DNA of 64,000 nucleotides from Acidimicrobiia bacterium (GCA_023265025.1 JAHFUP010000016.1:4754-68753), one strand, 5' to 3'; shown: positions 47,961 through 57,521, counted from the stretch's first letter. The notes: generated from the letters alone by a model not told the origin. A program made the numbers and translations.

Positions 47961-48384
47961 AGGCCGGCACGGTGACGGTGTTCGGTATCACGGGCACGGC
48001 GTTCGGGCCGTTCGAGACGGACACCATTCTCGTCACGCTCGATGTCCGCGGCGAGGGTACGGCCGCCCGCGGGCCGTTCCGGATCCTCCACGTGACGCCC
48101 ACCGGGATGTTCGCCAATCTGAGGGGCGACATCGACTGCATTACCGGTGTTCCAGGCGCCCAGGTGACGGTGACCGGGACGATCCGCGAAGGGTTCGACG
48201 GCCTGGGGATCAATCCCGTCGGCCACCGGGTCTCGATCGTGTACGGCTACTTGGACCACCGGTCGTTGTCACTCGACGTGTCGTTCGTGTCCGGCCACCC
48301 CATCCCCCCTGCACGGCCGACCCCGTCGTTGCAGTTCCCATCACCGGGGGAGACTTCCTGGTCAGCACGATCGGCCGGGCCTGA
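47900..48384 (+). pseudogene. Small secreted protein, apparently frameshifted near its 3' end
   Basis: Signal peptide MLRLGTALGAMLMLTVAVPAQA. After ..VSFVSGHPIPP the protein-like continuation CTADPVVAVPITGGDFLVSTIGRA* lies in the frame of ORF 47857..48384. The switch is at C6 run 48304-48309. Confidence 0.5.
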
Positions 48385-48441
48385 AACTCGGAACGCCGCG
48401 TGTGGGAGGCGCCGGCCCGCCTGGGCCGGCGCCTCCCCGCG

Positions 48442-48582
48442 CTACTCCTTGGGGTGGCGCGCCTTGAACTCGGCCCGGGGCGCCTCCACGTCGCGCCGGG
48501 TCAGCGGGTCGTTGATCGTCTTCTTGCCGCCCTCGGGCACGTCGGCCTCCGGCTCGTCACGGTTGTCATGCGTGTCGCTCAT
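48442..48582 (-). CDS. Possible 46-aa hydrophilic protein downstream of cysH
   Basis: ATG 48582 to TAG 48442-48444. High GC3. Weak RBS. Below the ORF-track cutoff. Confidence 0.3.
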   Translation of the reverse strand: MSDTHDNRDEPEADVPEGGKKTINDPLTRRDVEAPRAEFKARHPKE

Positions 48583-48600
48583 GCCGGGCTTCTACCCAGC

Positions 48601-49260
48601 TCAGCGGTGGATACCGCACTCCGTCCGGTCGGAGCCGGCCCAGCGACCGGAGCGCGGGTCGTCACCGGCCGCCACCGGGAAGGTGCAGGGCTGGCAGCCG
48701 ACCGACAGGTAGCCACGGGCCACGAGCGGGTTGACGGGCACGTCGTGCTCGGCGATGTAGCCGGCGACGTCGTCGTCGGTCCAGGTGGCCAGCGGGTTGA
48801 CCTTGACCAGGCCGCGACGGTCGAGGCCCACGATGGGGGCGTCGGCGCGGGTCGACGCCTCGATCCGCCGGAGGCCGCTCAGCCAGGCTTGGCGGCCGAC
48901 CAGCGCCCGGTCGAGCTGGAGCACCTTGGCCGCCGAGCAGCACCCGTCGACAAGGGGCGCCGGCTCCGGCCCCACGGTCACGATGCGCAGGTTGAGCCCG
49001 TAGCGCCGGCGGACCAGCTCGACGGTCTCCAGCGTCTCCGGAAAGTGGTGGCCGGTGTCGATGAAGACGACCTCGATCGACGGGTCGACCTTCACGGCCA
49101 GGTCGATGAGGACGGCATCGGTCATCGAGGCCAGCAGCGACAGGTGGGGCGAGAACCGCTCGACGGCCCACCGCACCACCTTCGAGGCCGGCGCCGACTC
49201 GAACGACCGGCTCAGCTCGGCCAGCTCGCCGGCGCCTAACTGGACTGCAGGGCCTGCCAC
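48601..49260 (-). CDS. cysH: Adenylylsulfate/phosphoadenylylsulfate reductase; Cys pattern suggests the Fe-S type APS reductase
   Basis: ..VVFIDTGHHFPETL.., C-terminal ..TECGIH. CC (DGCCSAAK) and CxxC (SVGCQPCT) lie about 80 aa apart. Confidence 0.85.
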   Translation of the reverse strand: MAGPAVQLGAGELAELSRSFESAPASKVVRWAVERFSPHLSLLASMTDAVLIDLAVKVDPSIEVVFIDTGHHFPETLETVELVRRRYGLNLRIVTVGPEPAPLVDGCCSAAKVLQLDRALVGRQAWLSGLRRIEASTRADAPIVGLDRRGLVKVNPLATWTDDDVAGYIAEHDVPVNPLVARGYLSVGCQPCTFPVAAGDDPRSGRWAGSDRTECGIHR

Positions 49261-49763
49261 AGGGTCTCCACGGACTGCTCGAGGGTCTGGTTCTCGGTAC
49301 GGATCACGGCCTCCGGGTGCAGCGGCGCCTCGTACGGGTCGTCAACGCCCGTCAGCCCCTGCAATTCCCCGGCCCGCTGCTTGGCGTACAGCCCCTTCAC
49401 GTCGCGTTCGGCGCACACCTCGACCGGCGTGGCCACGTGCACCTCGAAGAACCGGCCGGCGTGCAGCTCCCGCAGCTCGTCGCGCATCGACCGGTAGGGC
49501 GAGATCACCGACACGACCGCCACCACGCCGTTGCGGGCCAGCAGGTGGGCGACGAAGCCGATGCGGCGGACGTTCTCCTCCCGGTCCTCCCGCGAGAACC
49601 CCAGGCCCCGGGTGAGATGGGTGCGCAGGACGTCGCCATCGAGGACCTCGACCCGTTGGCCGGCGGCCAGCAGCCGCTTCTCGAGGGCGCGGGCAATGGT
49701 GGTCTTCCCGGCCGACGGAAGGCCCGTCAGCCACACGGTCAGCCCCTGCGTGAGATCGGCCAT
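49236..49763 (-). CDS. cysC: Adenylylsulfate kinase
   Basis: WLTGLPSAGKTT P-loop, ..LDGDVLRTHL..GFSREDR.. ATG 49763 preferred. Confidence 0.85.
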   Translation of the reverse strand: MADLTQGLTVWLTGLPSAGKTTIARALEKRLLAAGQRVEVLDGDVLRTHLTRGLGFSREDREENVRRIGFVAHLLARNGVVAVVSVISPYRSMRDELRELHAGRFFEVHVATPVEVCAERDVKGLYAKQRAGELQGLTGVDDPYEAPLHPEAVIRTENQTLEQSVETLWQALQSS

Positions 49764-49816
49764 CCAGGTCACGGTAGCAATACCCGACGAATATGATCTA
49801 CTTTTCAGGGATTCGG

Positions 49817-49846
49817 TTGACCTTCTCCGTCGGACACCCCTATTCT
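49817..49846 (+). promoter_or_regulatory. Candidate sigma-70-type promoter giving a leaderless transcript for the substrate-binding protein gene
   Basis: TTGACC (49817-49822), 18-nt spacer, TATTCT (49841-49846). ATG 49853 lies 6 nt after the -10 box. No SD. The local region is AT-rich. Confidence 0.4.
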
Positions 49847-49852
49847 GCACAA

Positions 49853-50902
49853 ATGCGATTGAGAAACTCGACTTTCGGAGCGGTGCTGGCGGTGGCTCTC
49901 CTCACCGCGGCCTGCGGTGGTGACTCGTCGCCTTCCACTAGCACCACGGCGGGCACCGAGGCGCCCACCACCGTCCGCCTGGGCTTCTTCCCCAACGTCA
50001 CCCACGCCACCGCCCTGGTCGGGGTGGAGAGCGGCATCTTCAAGAGCGCGCTCGGGGCCAACACCCTGGGGACCAAGACGTTCAACGCCGGCCCCGCCGC
50101 GGTCGAGGCCCTGTTCTCCGGCGCCCTCGACGCCACCTACATCGGTCCCAACCCGGCCATCAACGCCCACGTCCAGTCGGGTGGCGAGGCCATCCGCATC
50201 ATCTCCGGGGCCACCTCCGGCGGCGCCCTCCTCGTCGTCAAGCCGTCGATCAACGCCCCCGCCGACCTCAAGGGCAAGAAGATCGCCTCCCCGCAGCGGG
50301 GCGGCACCCAGGACGTCGCCCTCCGCTTCTGGCTGAAGGAGAACAAGCTCACGGCCGACCTGCAGGGCGGCGGCGACGTCTCGATCGTGCCCCAGGAGAA
50401 CGCCCAGACCCTGGAGACCTTCCGGTCCGGCCAGATCGACGGCGGCTGGGTCCCCGAGCCGTGGGCCACCCGCCTCGTGCAGGAGGGGGGCGGCAAGGTG
50501 CTGCTCGACGAGCGCACCCTCTGGCCCGAGGGCCGGTTCGTGACCACCCACCTGATCGTGCGCACCAAGTTCCTGAAGGAGCACCCCGACGCCGTTCGCC
50601 GGCTGGTCGAGGGTCAGGTCCAGGCCAACGAGCTGGTCAACGGCAACCCGGCCGAAGCCAAGCGCCTCGTCAACCAGGCCATTACGACGATCACCGGCAA
50701 GGGCGTGGCGCCCGCCGTGCTCGAGGCGTCGTGGAAGAACATGGAGTTCACCAACGACCCGATCGCCTCCTCGCTCACCGTCTCCGCCGACCACGCCCAC
50801 GACGTCGGCCTCCTCGAGAAGGTCAGCCTCAAGGGCATCTACGACCTCACGATCCTCAACCAGGTCCTCAAGACCGCCAACCAGCCCGAGGTGAAGGGAT
50901 GA
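49853..50902 (+). CDS. ABC transporter substrate-binding lipoprotein (NitT/TauT: sulfonate/nitrate/taurine type)
   Basis: Lipobox LLTAACGG. NMT1/SsuA-like ..LGFFPNVTHA.. Context with matching ATPase and permease genes. Confidence 0.8.
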   Translation: MRLRNSTFGAVLAVALLTAACGGDSSPSTSTTAGTEAPTTVRLGFFPNVTHATALVGVESGIFKSALGANTLGTKTFNAGPAAVEALFSGALDATYIGPNPAINAHVQSGGEAIRIISGATSGGALLVVKPSINAPADLKGKKIASPQRGGTQDVALRFWLKENKLTADLQGGGDVSIVPQENAQTLETFRSGQIDGGWVPEPWATRLVQEGGGKVLLDERTLWPEGRFVTTHLIVRTKFLKEHPDAVRRLVEGQVQANELVNGNPAEAKRLVNQAITTITGKGVAPAVLEASWKNMEFTNDPIASSLTVSADHAHDVGLLEKVSLKGIYDLTILNQVLKTANQPEVKG

Positions 50903-51693
50903 CGCTCACCGCGCCGCCACTCAGCACGCTGTCGACGACCACGGCCATCTCCCTCCGGGGCGTCTCCAAGGCCTTCGGCCACGGCGGCAACGCCGTGGTC
51001 GCCCTCGACAGCATCAGCCTCGACGTGGCCCGCGGCGAGTTCGTGTGCCTCGTCGGCGCGTCCGGGTGCGGGAAGTCCACCAGCCTGAACCTCATCGCCG
51101 GCCTCGACCGGCCCACGGTGGGCGAGGTCACGGTGCAGGGCCGGACCGCGCTCATGTTCCAGGAGGCCGCTCTCTTCCCCTGGCTGACGGTGCGCGACAA
51201 CGTCGCCCTCCCCATGCGGCTCGCCGGCAAGGGCAAGGCGGAGCGCAGCCGCCGGGCGGAGGAGCTGCTCGAGTCGGTCCACCTCGGGGGCCAGGGCGGC
51301 CGCCGGCCCCACGAGCTCTCCGGCGGCATGCGCCAGCGGGCCGCCCTGGCCCGGGCGCTGGCGCAGGACGTCGAGATCCTGCTCATGGACGAGCCCTTCG
51401 GCGCCCTCGACGCCATGACCCGGGACCTGCTCCACGACGAGCTGGAGCAGGTGTGGTCGAGCACCGGAGTGACGATCGTGTTCGTGACCCACAACGTGCG
51501 CGAGGCGGCTCGACTGTCGGACCGCATCGTCCTGCTGACCAGCCTGCCCGGCAAGGTGGCCGACGAGTTCCCCGTCACCATCGAGCGGCCCCGACGCATC
51601 GACTCGCCCGAGGTCATGGGCCTCGCGGCGGCGGTCACCGACCGGCTGCGGGCCGAGGTCCGCCGCCACAGCGACGAGCCCCATGGCGACTGA
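50899..51693 (+). CDS. ABC transporter ATP-binding protein (SsuB/TauB-like)
   Basis: GASGCGKST, LSGGMRQRAALARAL, LLMDEPFGALD. ATGA overlap with the upstream gene. Confidence 0.9.
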   Translation: MTLTAPPLSTLSTTTAISLRGVSKAFGHGGNAVVALDSISLDVARGEFVCLVGASGCGKSTSLNLIAGLDRPTVGEVTVQGRTALMFQEAALFPWLTVRDNVALPMRLAGKGKAERSRRAEELLESVHLGGQGGRRPHELSGGMRQRAALARALAQDVEILLMDEPFGALDAMTRDLLHDELEQVWSSTGVTIVFVTHNVREAARLSDRIVLLTSLPGKVADEFPVTIERPRRIDSPEVMGLAAAVTDRLRAEVRRHSDEPHGD

Positions 51694-52570
51694 CCTTCAG
51701 AAGGGCGGGATCGCCGACACCAAGCTCGCCGAGGAGATCGCCGGCCTCGACGCGCTGGAAGCCCACCTCGGCACCCACCCGAGCCGGGCCCGGCAGATCT
51801 GGTCGGCGGTGTGGCCCAAGCTGGCCGCCATCGCCATCGCCCTGTTCATCTGGCAGGCGGTGGTCTGGTCGGGGTGGAAGGACGACTACGTCCTCCCCGG
51901 CCCCGACAAGGTGCTGCCCGCCCTCGTCGACCTCCTCGGCACCGGCAAGTTCTGGACCGCCGTCAGCATCACCATGCGCCGGGCGGTCACCGGGTACGCG
52001 CTGGCCCTGGTCATCGGCTCGGTGATCGGCCTGGCCGTGGCCCGCGTCCGCCTCCTCCGGAGCGCGGTCGGGTCGCTCATCACCGGCCTGCAGACCATGC
52101 CGTCGATCGCCTGGTTCCCCCTCGCCATCCTCCTTTTCGGCCTGACCGAGCGGGCGATCATGTTCGTGGTGATCCTGGGCGCGGCGCCGTCGATCGCCAA
52201 CGGCCTCATCGCCGGCGTCGACCACGTTCCGCCGCTGATGGTCCGGGCCGGGCGCATGATCGGGGCCAAGGGCATCGGCCTGTACCGCCACGTCATCCTC
52301 CCTGCGTCCCTGCCGACCTATGTCGCCGGGCTCAAGCAGGGGTGGGCGTTCGCCTGGCGCAGCCTGATGGCCGGCGAGCTGCTGGTCATCGTGGCCAACC
52401 GCCCGTCGATCGGCGATCAGCTGCAGTTCGCCCGGGAGTTCTCCCGGTCAGCCCAGATGCTGGCCCTGATGATCGTGATCCTGGTCATCGGCATCGTGGT
52501 GGACACGATCTTCGGCCGGGCCGACGTCACCATCCGCCGGCGGTGGGGCCTGATCGACCCGTCCACCTGA
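51683..52570 (+). CDS. ABC transporter permease (SsuC/TauC-like)
   Basis: BPD-type permease pattern ..ITGLQTMPSIAWFPLAILLFG.. Overlaps the ATPase gene's 3' end. Confidence 0.85.
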   Translation: MATDLQKGGIADTKLAEEIAGLDALEAHLGTHPSRARQIWSAVWPKLAAIAIALFIWQAVVWSGWKDDYVLPGPDKVLPALVDLLGTGKFWTAVSITMRRAVTGYALALVIGSVIGLAVARVRLLRSAVGSLITGLQTMPSIAWFPLAILLFGLTERAIMFVVILGAAPSIANGLIAGVDHVPPLMVRAGRMIGAKGIGLYRHVILPASLPTYVAGLKQGWAFAWRSLMAGELLVIVANRPSIGDQLQFAREFSRSAQMLALMIVILVIGIVVDTIFGRADVTIRRRWGLIDPST

Positions 52571-52693
52571 GCGCCAGTCACCTGAGGGCCGCCTTGTCGT
52601 CGGGGACATCGAGTGGCGTGACGTCGACATCTGCGAATCCGACATCGTCCGACGAACAAGGCTGCCCGTCGGGTGTGGACCGTTAGGTCCGGC

Positions 52694-52867
52694 TCAGCGT
52701 CCTGCGGCCCGGGCCCGGTTCCAGGCCTGCTCCCACCGGCGCTCGAGACCACGTTCGAACCGGTCGCTCTCGAAGCTCACCGGCTTCACGTGCGCCGGCG
52801 CCTGGGGCCGCGGCGGCCGTGGGGCCGAGGCGCTCCTGGCTGGGACGTTCCGTCTCTCAAGGGCCAT
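52694..52867 (-). CDS. Possible 57-aa hypothetical protein
   Basis: ATG 52867 preceded by GAGAGGA. Divergent from the Rrf2 gene. No motif. Confidence 0.35.
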   Translation of the reverse strand: MALERRNVPARSASAPRPPRPQAPAHVKPVSFESDRFERGLERRWEQAWNRARAAGR

Positions 52868-52959
52868 GCATGTCCTCTCTTTCTTCGGTCGGGTTTCCTC
52901 TTTCACCTGCGCCGGCAGTGTAGGTCCGGGCCACCGGCGAGCGGTGGGAGAATCCTGGC

Positions 52960-53415
52960 GTGCGAGTCTCCGCCAAGGTCGACTACGCCGTGCGGGCCCT
53001 GGCGGAACTGGCCGCCGCCGGCGCCGGCCCGATGAAGGGCGAGGCCATCGCCGCCGCCCAAGGCATCCCGCTGCGGTTCACCGAGAACATCCTCGCCGAC
53101 CTGCGGCGGGCCGGGGTCGTCGCCAGCCAGCGGGGCGCGGACGGCGGCTACTGGCTCAAGGCGCCGGCCGAGACGATCACCGTGGCCGACGTGATCCGCT
53201 ACGTCGAAGGCCCGCTGGCCGACGTGCGGGGCGAGCCGCCCGAGGAGGTCGCCTACGCCGGCGCCGCCGGCGCACTGCAGGACGTCTGGATCGCCACGCG
53301 GGCCACCCTCCGCTCGGTGCTCGAAGTCGTCACCATCGCCGACATCGCCGGCGGCCACCTGCCCAAGGTCGTCACCCGCCTGGCCGGCGACCCCGACGCA
53401 AGGTCCCGCCGGTGA
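52960..53415 (+). CDS. Rrf2-family transcriptional regulator
   Basis: MRVSAKVDYAVRALAELA..IPLRFTENILADLRRAGVVASQRGADGGYWL. Confidence 0.85.
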   Translation: MRVSAKVDYAVRALAELAAAGAGPMKGEAIAAAQGIPLRFTENILADLRRAGVVASQRGADGGYWLKAPAETITVADVIRYVEGPLADVRGEPPEEVAYAGAAGALQDVWIATRATLRSVLEVVTIADIAGGHLPKVVTRLAGDPDARSRR

Positions 53416-53428
53416 CGCCCCCCTCGTT

Positions 53429-53470
53429 CTGGCTGCAGCTGCGTGCCTCTAGGCACGTCACTGCAGCCAG
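53429..53470. repeat. Palindromic intergenic element, family TGGCTGCA...TGCAGCCA, copy 1
   Basis: CTGGCTGCAG (53429-38) pairs with CTGCAGCCAG (53461-70). Inner stem GCGTGCCT/AGGCACG. Confidence 0.8.
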
Positions 53471-53479
53471 ATCGCTCCG

Positions 53480-54271
53480 ATGAGGGTCGGTATCACCGCC
53501 GACCGGCGGTGGGAGGAGCAGGCCCGGCTCTTCGCCGACCGGGGGTTCGACGTCGTCCACGCGCCGACGATGCGGACCGTCGACCTCTCCGAGAGCGAGT
53601 CGCTCCGGGCGGCGACGTCGGCCCTGGTCGAGCACTCCCCCGACTACCTCGTCGTGAGCACGGGGATGGGCTTGAAGCGATGGCTGGAGGCGGCCGAGCG
53701 ATGGGGCCTTCACGCCGCCCTCGTCGAGTCGCTGGCCGACGCCCGCATCGTGGCGCGGGGTGCCAAGGCCCACTCGGCGGCCCGGGGCGCCGGCCTCGAC
53801 GTGTGGTGGCGGTCCCCGACGGAGACCATGCAGGAGATCATCGACCACCTAGCCGGCGCGGGCACCGCCGGCGCCCGGATCGCCGTCCAGCTGTTTGAGC
53901 CCGAGGGCCACCCGTCCACCGAGGCACTCCGGGCGATCTCCGGTGAGCTGGTCGAGGTGCCCGTCTACCAGTGGGCGCTGCCCGACGACGTCGGACCGGC
54001 TGAGGCGCTGGTGAAGGCGGCCGTCGCCGGCGAGGTCGACGCCATCACCTTCACCGCCCAGCCCGCGGTCCACAACCTGTTCCGGATCGCCGGCGATCTC
54101 GACCTGCGCGACGGACTGCGCACCGCACTAAACGGCCCGGTCGTCTCCTCCTGCGTCGGGCCGGTGTGCGCGACGGCCGCGGTCGAGGAGGGCGTCGACG
54201 CCTCGATCTGGCCCGATCCGCCCCGGCTGGTGGCCATGGTCAAGCAGCTGACCGCCCGCCTCACCATCTGA
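53480..54271 (+). CDS. hemD: Uroporphyrinogen-III synthase-like (HEM4 family) protein
   Basis: 263 aa, two-lobe HEM4-like pattern (..YLVVSTGMGLKRW.., ..VDAITFTAQPAVHNL..). Adjacent to sulfite reductase (siroheme context). Confidence 0.6.
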   Translation: MRVGITADRRWEEQARLFADRGFDVVHAPTMRTVDLSESESLRAATSALVEHSPDYLVVSTGMGLKRWLEAAERWGLHAALVESLADARIVARGAKAHSAARGAGLDVWWRSPTETMQEIIDHLAGAGTAGARIAVQLFEPEGHPSTEALRAISGELVEVPVYQWALPDDVGPAEALVKAAVAGEVDAITFTAQPAVHNLFRIAGDLDLRDGLRTALNGPVVSSCVGPVCATAAVEEGVDASIWPDPPRLVAMVKQLTARLTI

Positions 54272-54276
54272 CCGAC

Positions 54277-54318
54277 TTGGCTGCACTGGCCGCGTACGCG
54301 CGGCCAACTCCAGCCAGT
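54277..54318. repeat. Palindromic intergenic element, same family, copy 2 (outer arms degenerate)
   Basis: TTGGCTGCAC..TGGCCGCG-TACG-CGCGGCCA..ACTCCAGCCAGTT. Confidence 0.65.
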
Positions 54319-54377
54319 TCGAGCGGGGGGCGGCGAATCTTGATCGAAACGGTCGGGTATTTGGTAGCCTTGCGGTC

Positions 54378-56174
54378 ATGAGTCAGACGATCGACGTCGA
54401 GGTCGGGCCGGGCGCGATCAGCCCCGCCGCGCTCGCCGACATCCAGAAGTTCGAGCGCCTGCTCGCCAAGTACCTGGCGGGTGAGATGGACGAGGACGCC
54501 TTCCGCGTCTTCCGCCTAAACAACGGCATCTACGGCCAGCGCCAGGGCGGCACCAACCAGATGGTGCGGGTCAAGATCCCCTACGGGTCCCTCCAGCCCG
54601 AGCAGCTGGAGATGCTGGCCCACCTGTCCGAGACGTACTCCCGCGGCTGGGGCCACATCACCACCCGGCAGAACGTGCAGATGCACTTCGTCCAGCTGGA
54701 GCAGATCCCGGCGGTCATGCGCGAGCTGGCCAGCGTCGGCCTCACCACCCGGGAGGCGTGCGGCGACACCGTGCGCAATGTCATGGGCTGCCACCTGGCC
54801 GGCGCCTGCCCGTTCGAGGTGCTCGACATCAGCCCCTGGGCCCAGGCCACCTTCGAGCACCTGCTGCGCAACCCCTACGCCCAGCGCCTGCCCCGCAAGT
54901 TCAAGATCAACTTCTCCGGCTGCGTCACCGACTGCGGCCAGGCCATGTTCAACGACGTCGGGGTTGTGGCGGTCAACCGGGCCAAGGATGACGGCACCGT
55001 CGAGCCCGGCTTCCGGGTGTTCTTCGCCGGCGGCCTCGGCGCCAACCCCCACCCGGCCCAGGCCCTCGAGGAGTTCACCTCACGCGAGGACCTCCTGCCT
55101 ACCATCGAGGCCATCCTCCGCACCTTCGACCACTACGGCAACCGCGACAACAAGCTGCGGGCCCGCATGAAGTGGCTAGTCGACAACCTGGGCGCGGATG
55201 AGGTCCGCCGGCGGATCCTCAAGGAGCGCCGGTTCCTGCCCGCGGCCGCCACCTGGCCCGGTGGCGTGCCCGCCGCGGTGCAGGCCGCCGGCGACGAACC
55301 GGCCGGCGTCTCGTCGACCATCTCCCCCACCCCGATGGGCTGGGGCACCAACGTCGTCCTGAAGAAGTCCGACCCCCAGGGCCGTTGGGACGACGCCAAC
55401 GTGGTGCGGGGCAACGCCAAGCACACGGTGTCGGCCTACGCCTACTGCCGCCTGGGCGACGTCACCGCCGAGCAGTTCCGGGCCGTCGCCGCCATCCAGC
55501 GGGACATGAACCTCGAGGTGCGGGTCACCAACCGGCAGAACTTCGTGTTCCGCGGCCTGGGCGAGGAGCAGCTCACCGAGCTGTACGCCCGTCTGGCGTT
55601 CGTCGGCATGGCCGAGCCGGGCGCCGAGCTGGCCCGCGACGTCGTCGCCTGCCCGGGCGCCGACACCTGCAACCTGGCCGTCACCCAGTCCCGCGGCCTG
55701 GCCAACGAGATCGGGCGGGCGCTGGAGGAGGCCGGCCTGGCCGAAGTCGGCGGCGTCCGGGTCAACATCTCCGGCTGCACCAACTCCTGCGGCCAGCACC
55801 ACATCTCCGACATCGGCTTCATGGGCGTCGAGCGGCGGGCCCACGGCCAGGCCGCCCCCGGCTACCAGATGCTGCTGGGCGGCTACGTCGGCCACACCCA
55901 GATCGAGTTCGGCCATAAGGCGCTGCGACTGCCGGCCAAGACCGCCGGCGAGGCCACCGTGCGGGTCGTCGGCCGCTTCGCCAACGAGCGCTCGGCCGGC
56001 GAGAGCTTCACCGCCTGGCTGGAGCGGGTGGGCGGCGCCTCCGCGGTGGCCGCCGGCCTGGCCGACCTCGATGCCTTCCCCTCGCCGGAGGAGAACCCGG
56101 CGTTCTATGTCGACTACGGCGAGACCGGGCCCTACATCGCCGAGGTCGGCGCCGGGGAGTGCGCCGCCGGCTGA
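54378..56174 (+). CDS. sirA: Ferredoxin-dependent sulfite reductase (nitrite/sulfite reductase hemoprotein)
   Basis: Two NIR_SIR domains. Siroheme/4Fe-4S Cys cluster ..CPGADTCNLA.. and ..SGCTNSCGQHHISDIGF.. Confidence 0.85.
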   Translation: MSQTIDVEVGPGAISPAALADIQKFERLLAKYLAGEMDEDAFRVFRLNNGIYGQRQGGTNQMVRVKIPYGSLQPEQLEMLAHLSETYSRGWGHITTRQNVQMHFVQLEQIPAVMRELASVGLTTREACGDTVRNVMGCHLAGACPFEVLDISPWAQATFEHLLRNPYAQRLPRKFKINFSGCVTDCGQAMFNDVGVVAVNRAKDDGTVEPGFRVFFAGGLGANPHPAQALEEFTSREDLLPTIEAILRTFDHYGNRDNKLRARMKWLVDNLGADEVRRRILKERRFLPAAATWPGGVPAAVQAAGDEPAGVSSTISPTPMGWGTNVVLKKSDPQGRWDDANVVRGNAKHTVSAYAYCRLGDVTAEQFRAVAAIQRDMNLEVRVTNRQNFVFRGLGEEQLTELYARLAFVGMAEPGAELARDVVACPGADTCNLAVTQSRGLANEIGRALEEAGLAEVGGVRVNISGCTNSCGQHHISDIGFMGVERRAHGQAAPGYQMLLGGYVGHTQIEFGHKALRLPAKTAGEATVRVVGRFANERSAGESFTAWLERVGGASAVAAGLADLDAFPSPEENPAFYVDYGETGPYIAEVGAGECAAG

Positions 56175-56183
56175 GTCGCCCTC

Positions 56184-56231
56184 AACTGGTGACGATTCGA
56201 CAGGCTCAGGCGTGTCCGATCGTCACCAGTT
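56184..56231. terminator. Long hairpin between convergent genes (candidate bidirectional terminator)
   Basis: AACTGGTGACGAT (56184-96) is the perfect reverse complement of ATCGTCACCAGTT (56219-31), with a 22-nt loop. Confidence 0.55.
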
Positions 56232-56620
56232 CAGGTGTCGGTCGAGTCACTGACCGGTGAGGCGTGGTGAGCGACCAGCTTCCAGCCGCCGGCGGTCCGT
56301 ACGAAGAGGTTGAAGGCGGCGACTGTGGTGGCGTTGGTGCTCTGGAGGATGTTCTCGTCGACCGCGACCCACGCGGTGTCGCCGGCCACCTCGGCGGTCT
56401 CCTTGGTCAGGATGAACTGCAGGTGCTGGGAGTTCTGGAACAGGGCGAAGAACGACGCCGCCACCTGACCCCAGCCCCGCAGGCTGGCCCAGCCGGGGTG
56501 GGTGCAGATGATGCGGTCGGAGTGCTCCCACACGGCCGACATGGCGTCGAGGTCGCGGGCCTCGAACGCGGCGTAGAAGGCCTTGTTGGCCGCAACCACC
56601 GACTCCAAATCTGTGGTCAC
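56231..56620 (-). CDS. SnoaL/NTF2-like (DUF4440-type) protein
   Basis: GTG 56620. ..VVAANKAFYAAFEARDLDAMSAVWEHSD..GWKLVAHHASP. Confidence 0.7.
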   Translation of the reverse strand: MTTDLESVVAANKAFYAAFEARDLDAMSAVWEHSDRIICTHPGWASLRGWGQVAASFFALFQNSQHLQFILTKETAEVAGDTAWVAVDENILQSTNATTVAAFNLFVRTAGGWKLVAHHASPVSDSTDT

Positions 56621-56644
56621 GGCTTCCGACGGTAGCCTCCGCCG

Positions 56645-57478
56645 GTGCCCCGTCTCCCCTCGTCCGACGGCGTGACGCTGGCGGTGCACGACCTGGGCGG
56701 CGACGGGCCGCCGCTGCTGATGGCCCACGCCACCGGCTTCTGCGGGCCGGTGCTGTCACCGCTCGCCGCCCACCTCACCGACCGGTTCCACTGCTGGACG
56801 TACGACGCCCGGGGCCACGGCGACACGGGGGCACCGGCCGGCCTGGACTGGAACTGGCGGGGCTTCGCCGACGACGTGCTGGCGGTGGTCGACGGGCTGG
56901 GGCTTCAGCAGCTGTACGGGTTCGGGCACTCCTCGGGCGGGGCCGCGCTGCTCGACGCCGAGGCCCGCAGGCCGGGCACGTTCGCCGCCCTGTGGTGCTA
57001 CGAGCCGATCGTCTGGCCGGAGATCACCGAGGAGCTGAAGGCGTCCCGCCGGCCCCTGATCAACGGCGCGCTGAAGCGGCGCGACCTCTTCCCGTCCCGC
57101 CAGGACGCCTACGACAACTTCGCCTCCAAGCCGCCGCTGGAGTCCCTCGACCCCAAGGCCCTCCGGGCCTACGTCGACTGCGGGTTCGGCCCCGACCAGG
57201 AGGGCGTGCGGCTGAAGTGCCCCCCGTTCGTCGAGGCGGCGATCTACCGCCAGGGCCTCGTCCACGACGGCTTCATCCGCCTGGACGGCGTGCGCTGCCC
57301 GGTGACGGTCGGCTGGGGTGGGCGGAGCATGGCCATGGACCGGGACGTGGTCGAGGCGCAGGTCGGCGAGCTCCCCGACGCGGAGCTGGCCATGTTCTCG
57401 GACCTCGGCCATTTCGGCCCGCTGGAGGGGCCGGCGTCGGTGGCGGCGACCATCGTCCGGGCGTTCGCCGCCGGCTGA
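56645..57478 (+). CDS. Alpha/beta hydrolase
   Basis: ..PLLMAHATGFCG.., nucleophile elbow GFGHSSGG. Confidence 0.8.
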   Translation: MPRLPSSDGVTLAVHDLGGDGPPLLMAHATGFCGPVLSPLAAHLTDRFHCWTYDARGHGDTGAPAGLDWNWRGFADDVLAVVDGLGLQQLYGFGHSSGGAALLDAEARRPGTFAALWCYEPIVWPEITEELKASRRPLINGALKRRDLFPSRQDAYDNFASKPPLESLDPKALRAYVDCGFGPDQEGVRLKCPPFVEAAIYRQGLVHDGFIRLDGVRCPVTVGWGGRSMAMDRDVVEAQVGELPDAELAMFSDLGHFGPLEGPASVAATIVRAFAAG

Positions 57479-57521
57479 CCATCCGCCCCCCTGTCGCACC
57501 CCATCGGTAGCCTTTGCACCG

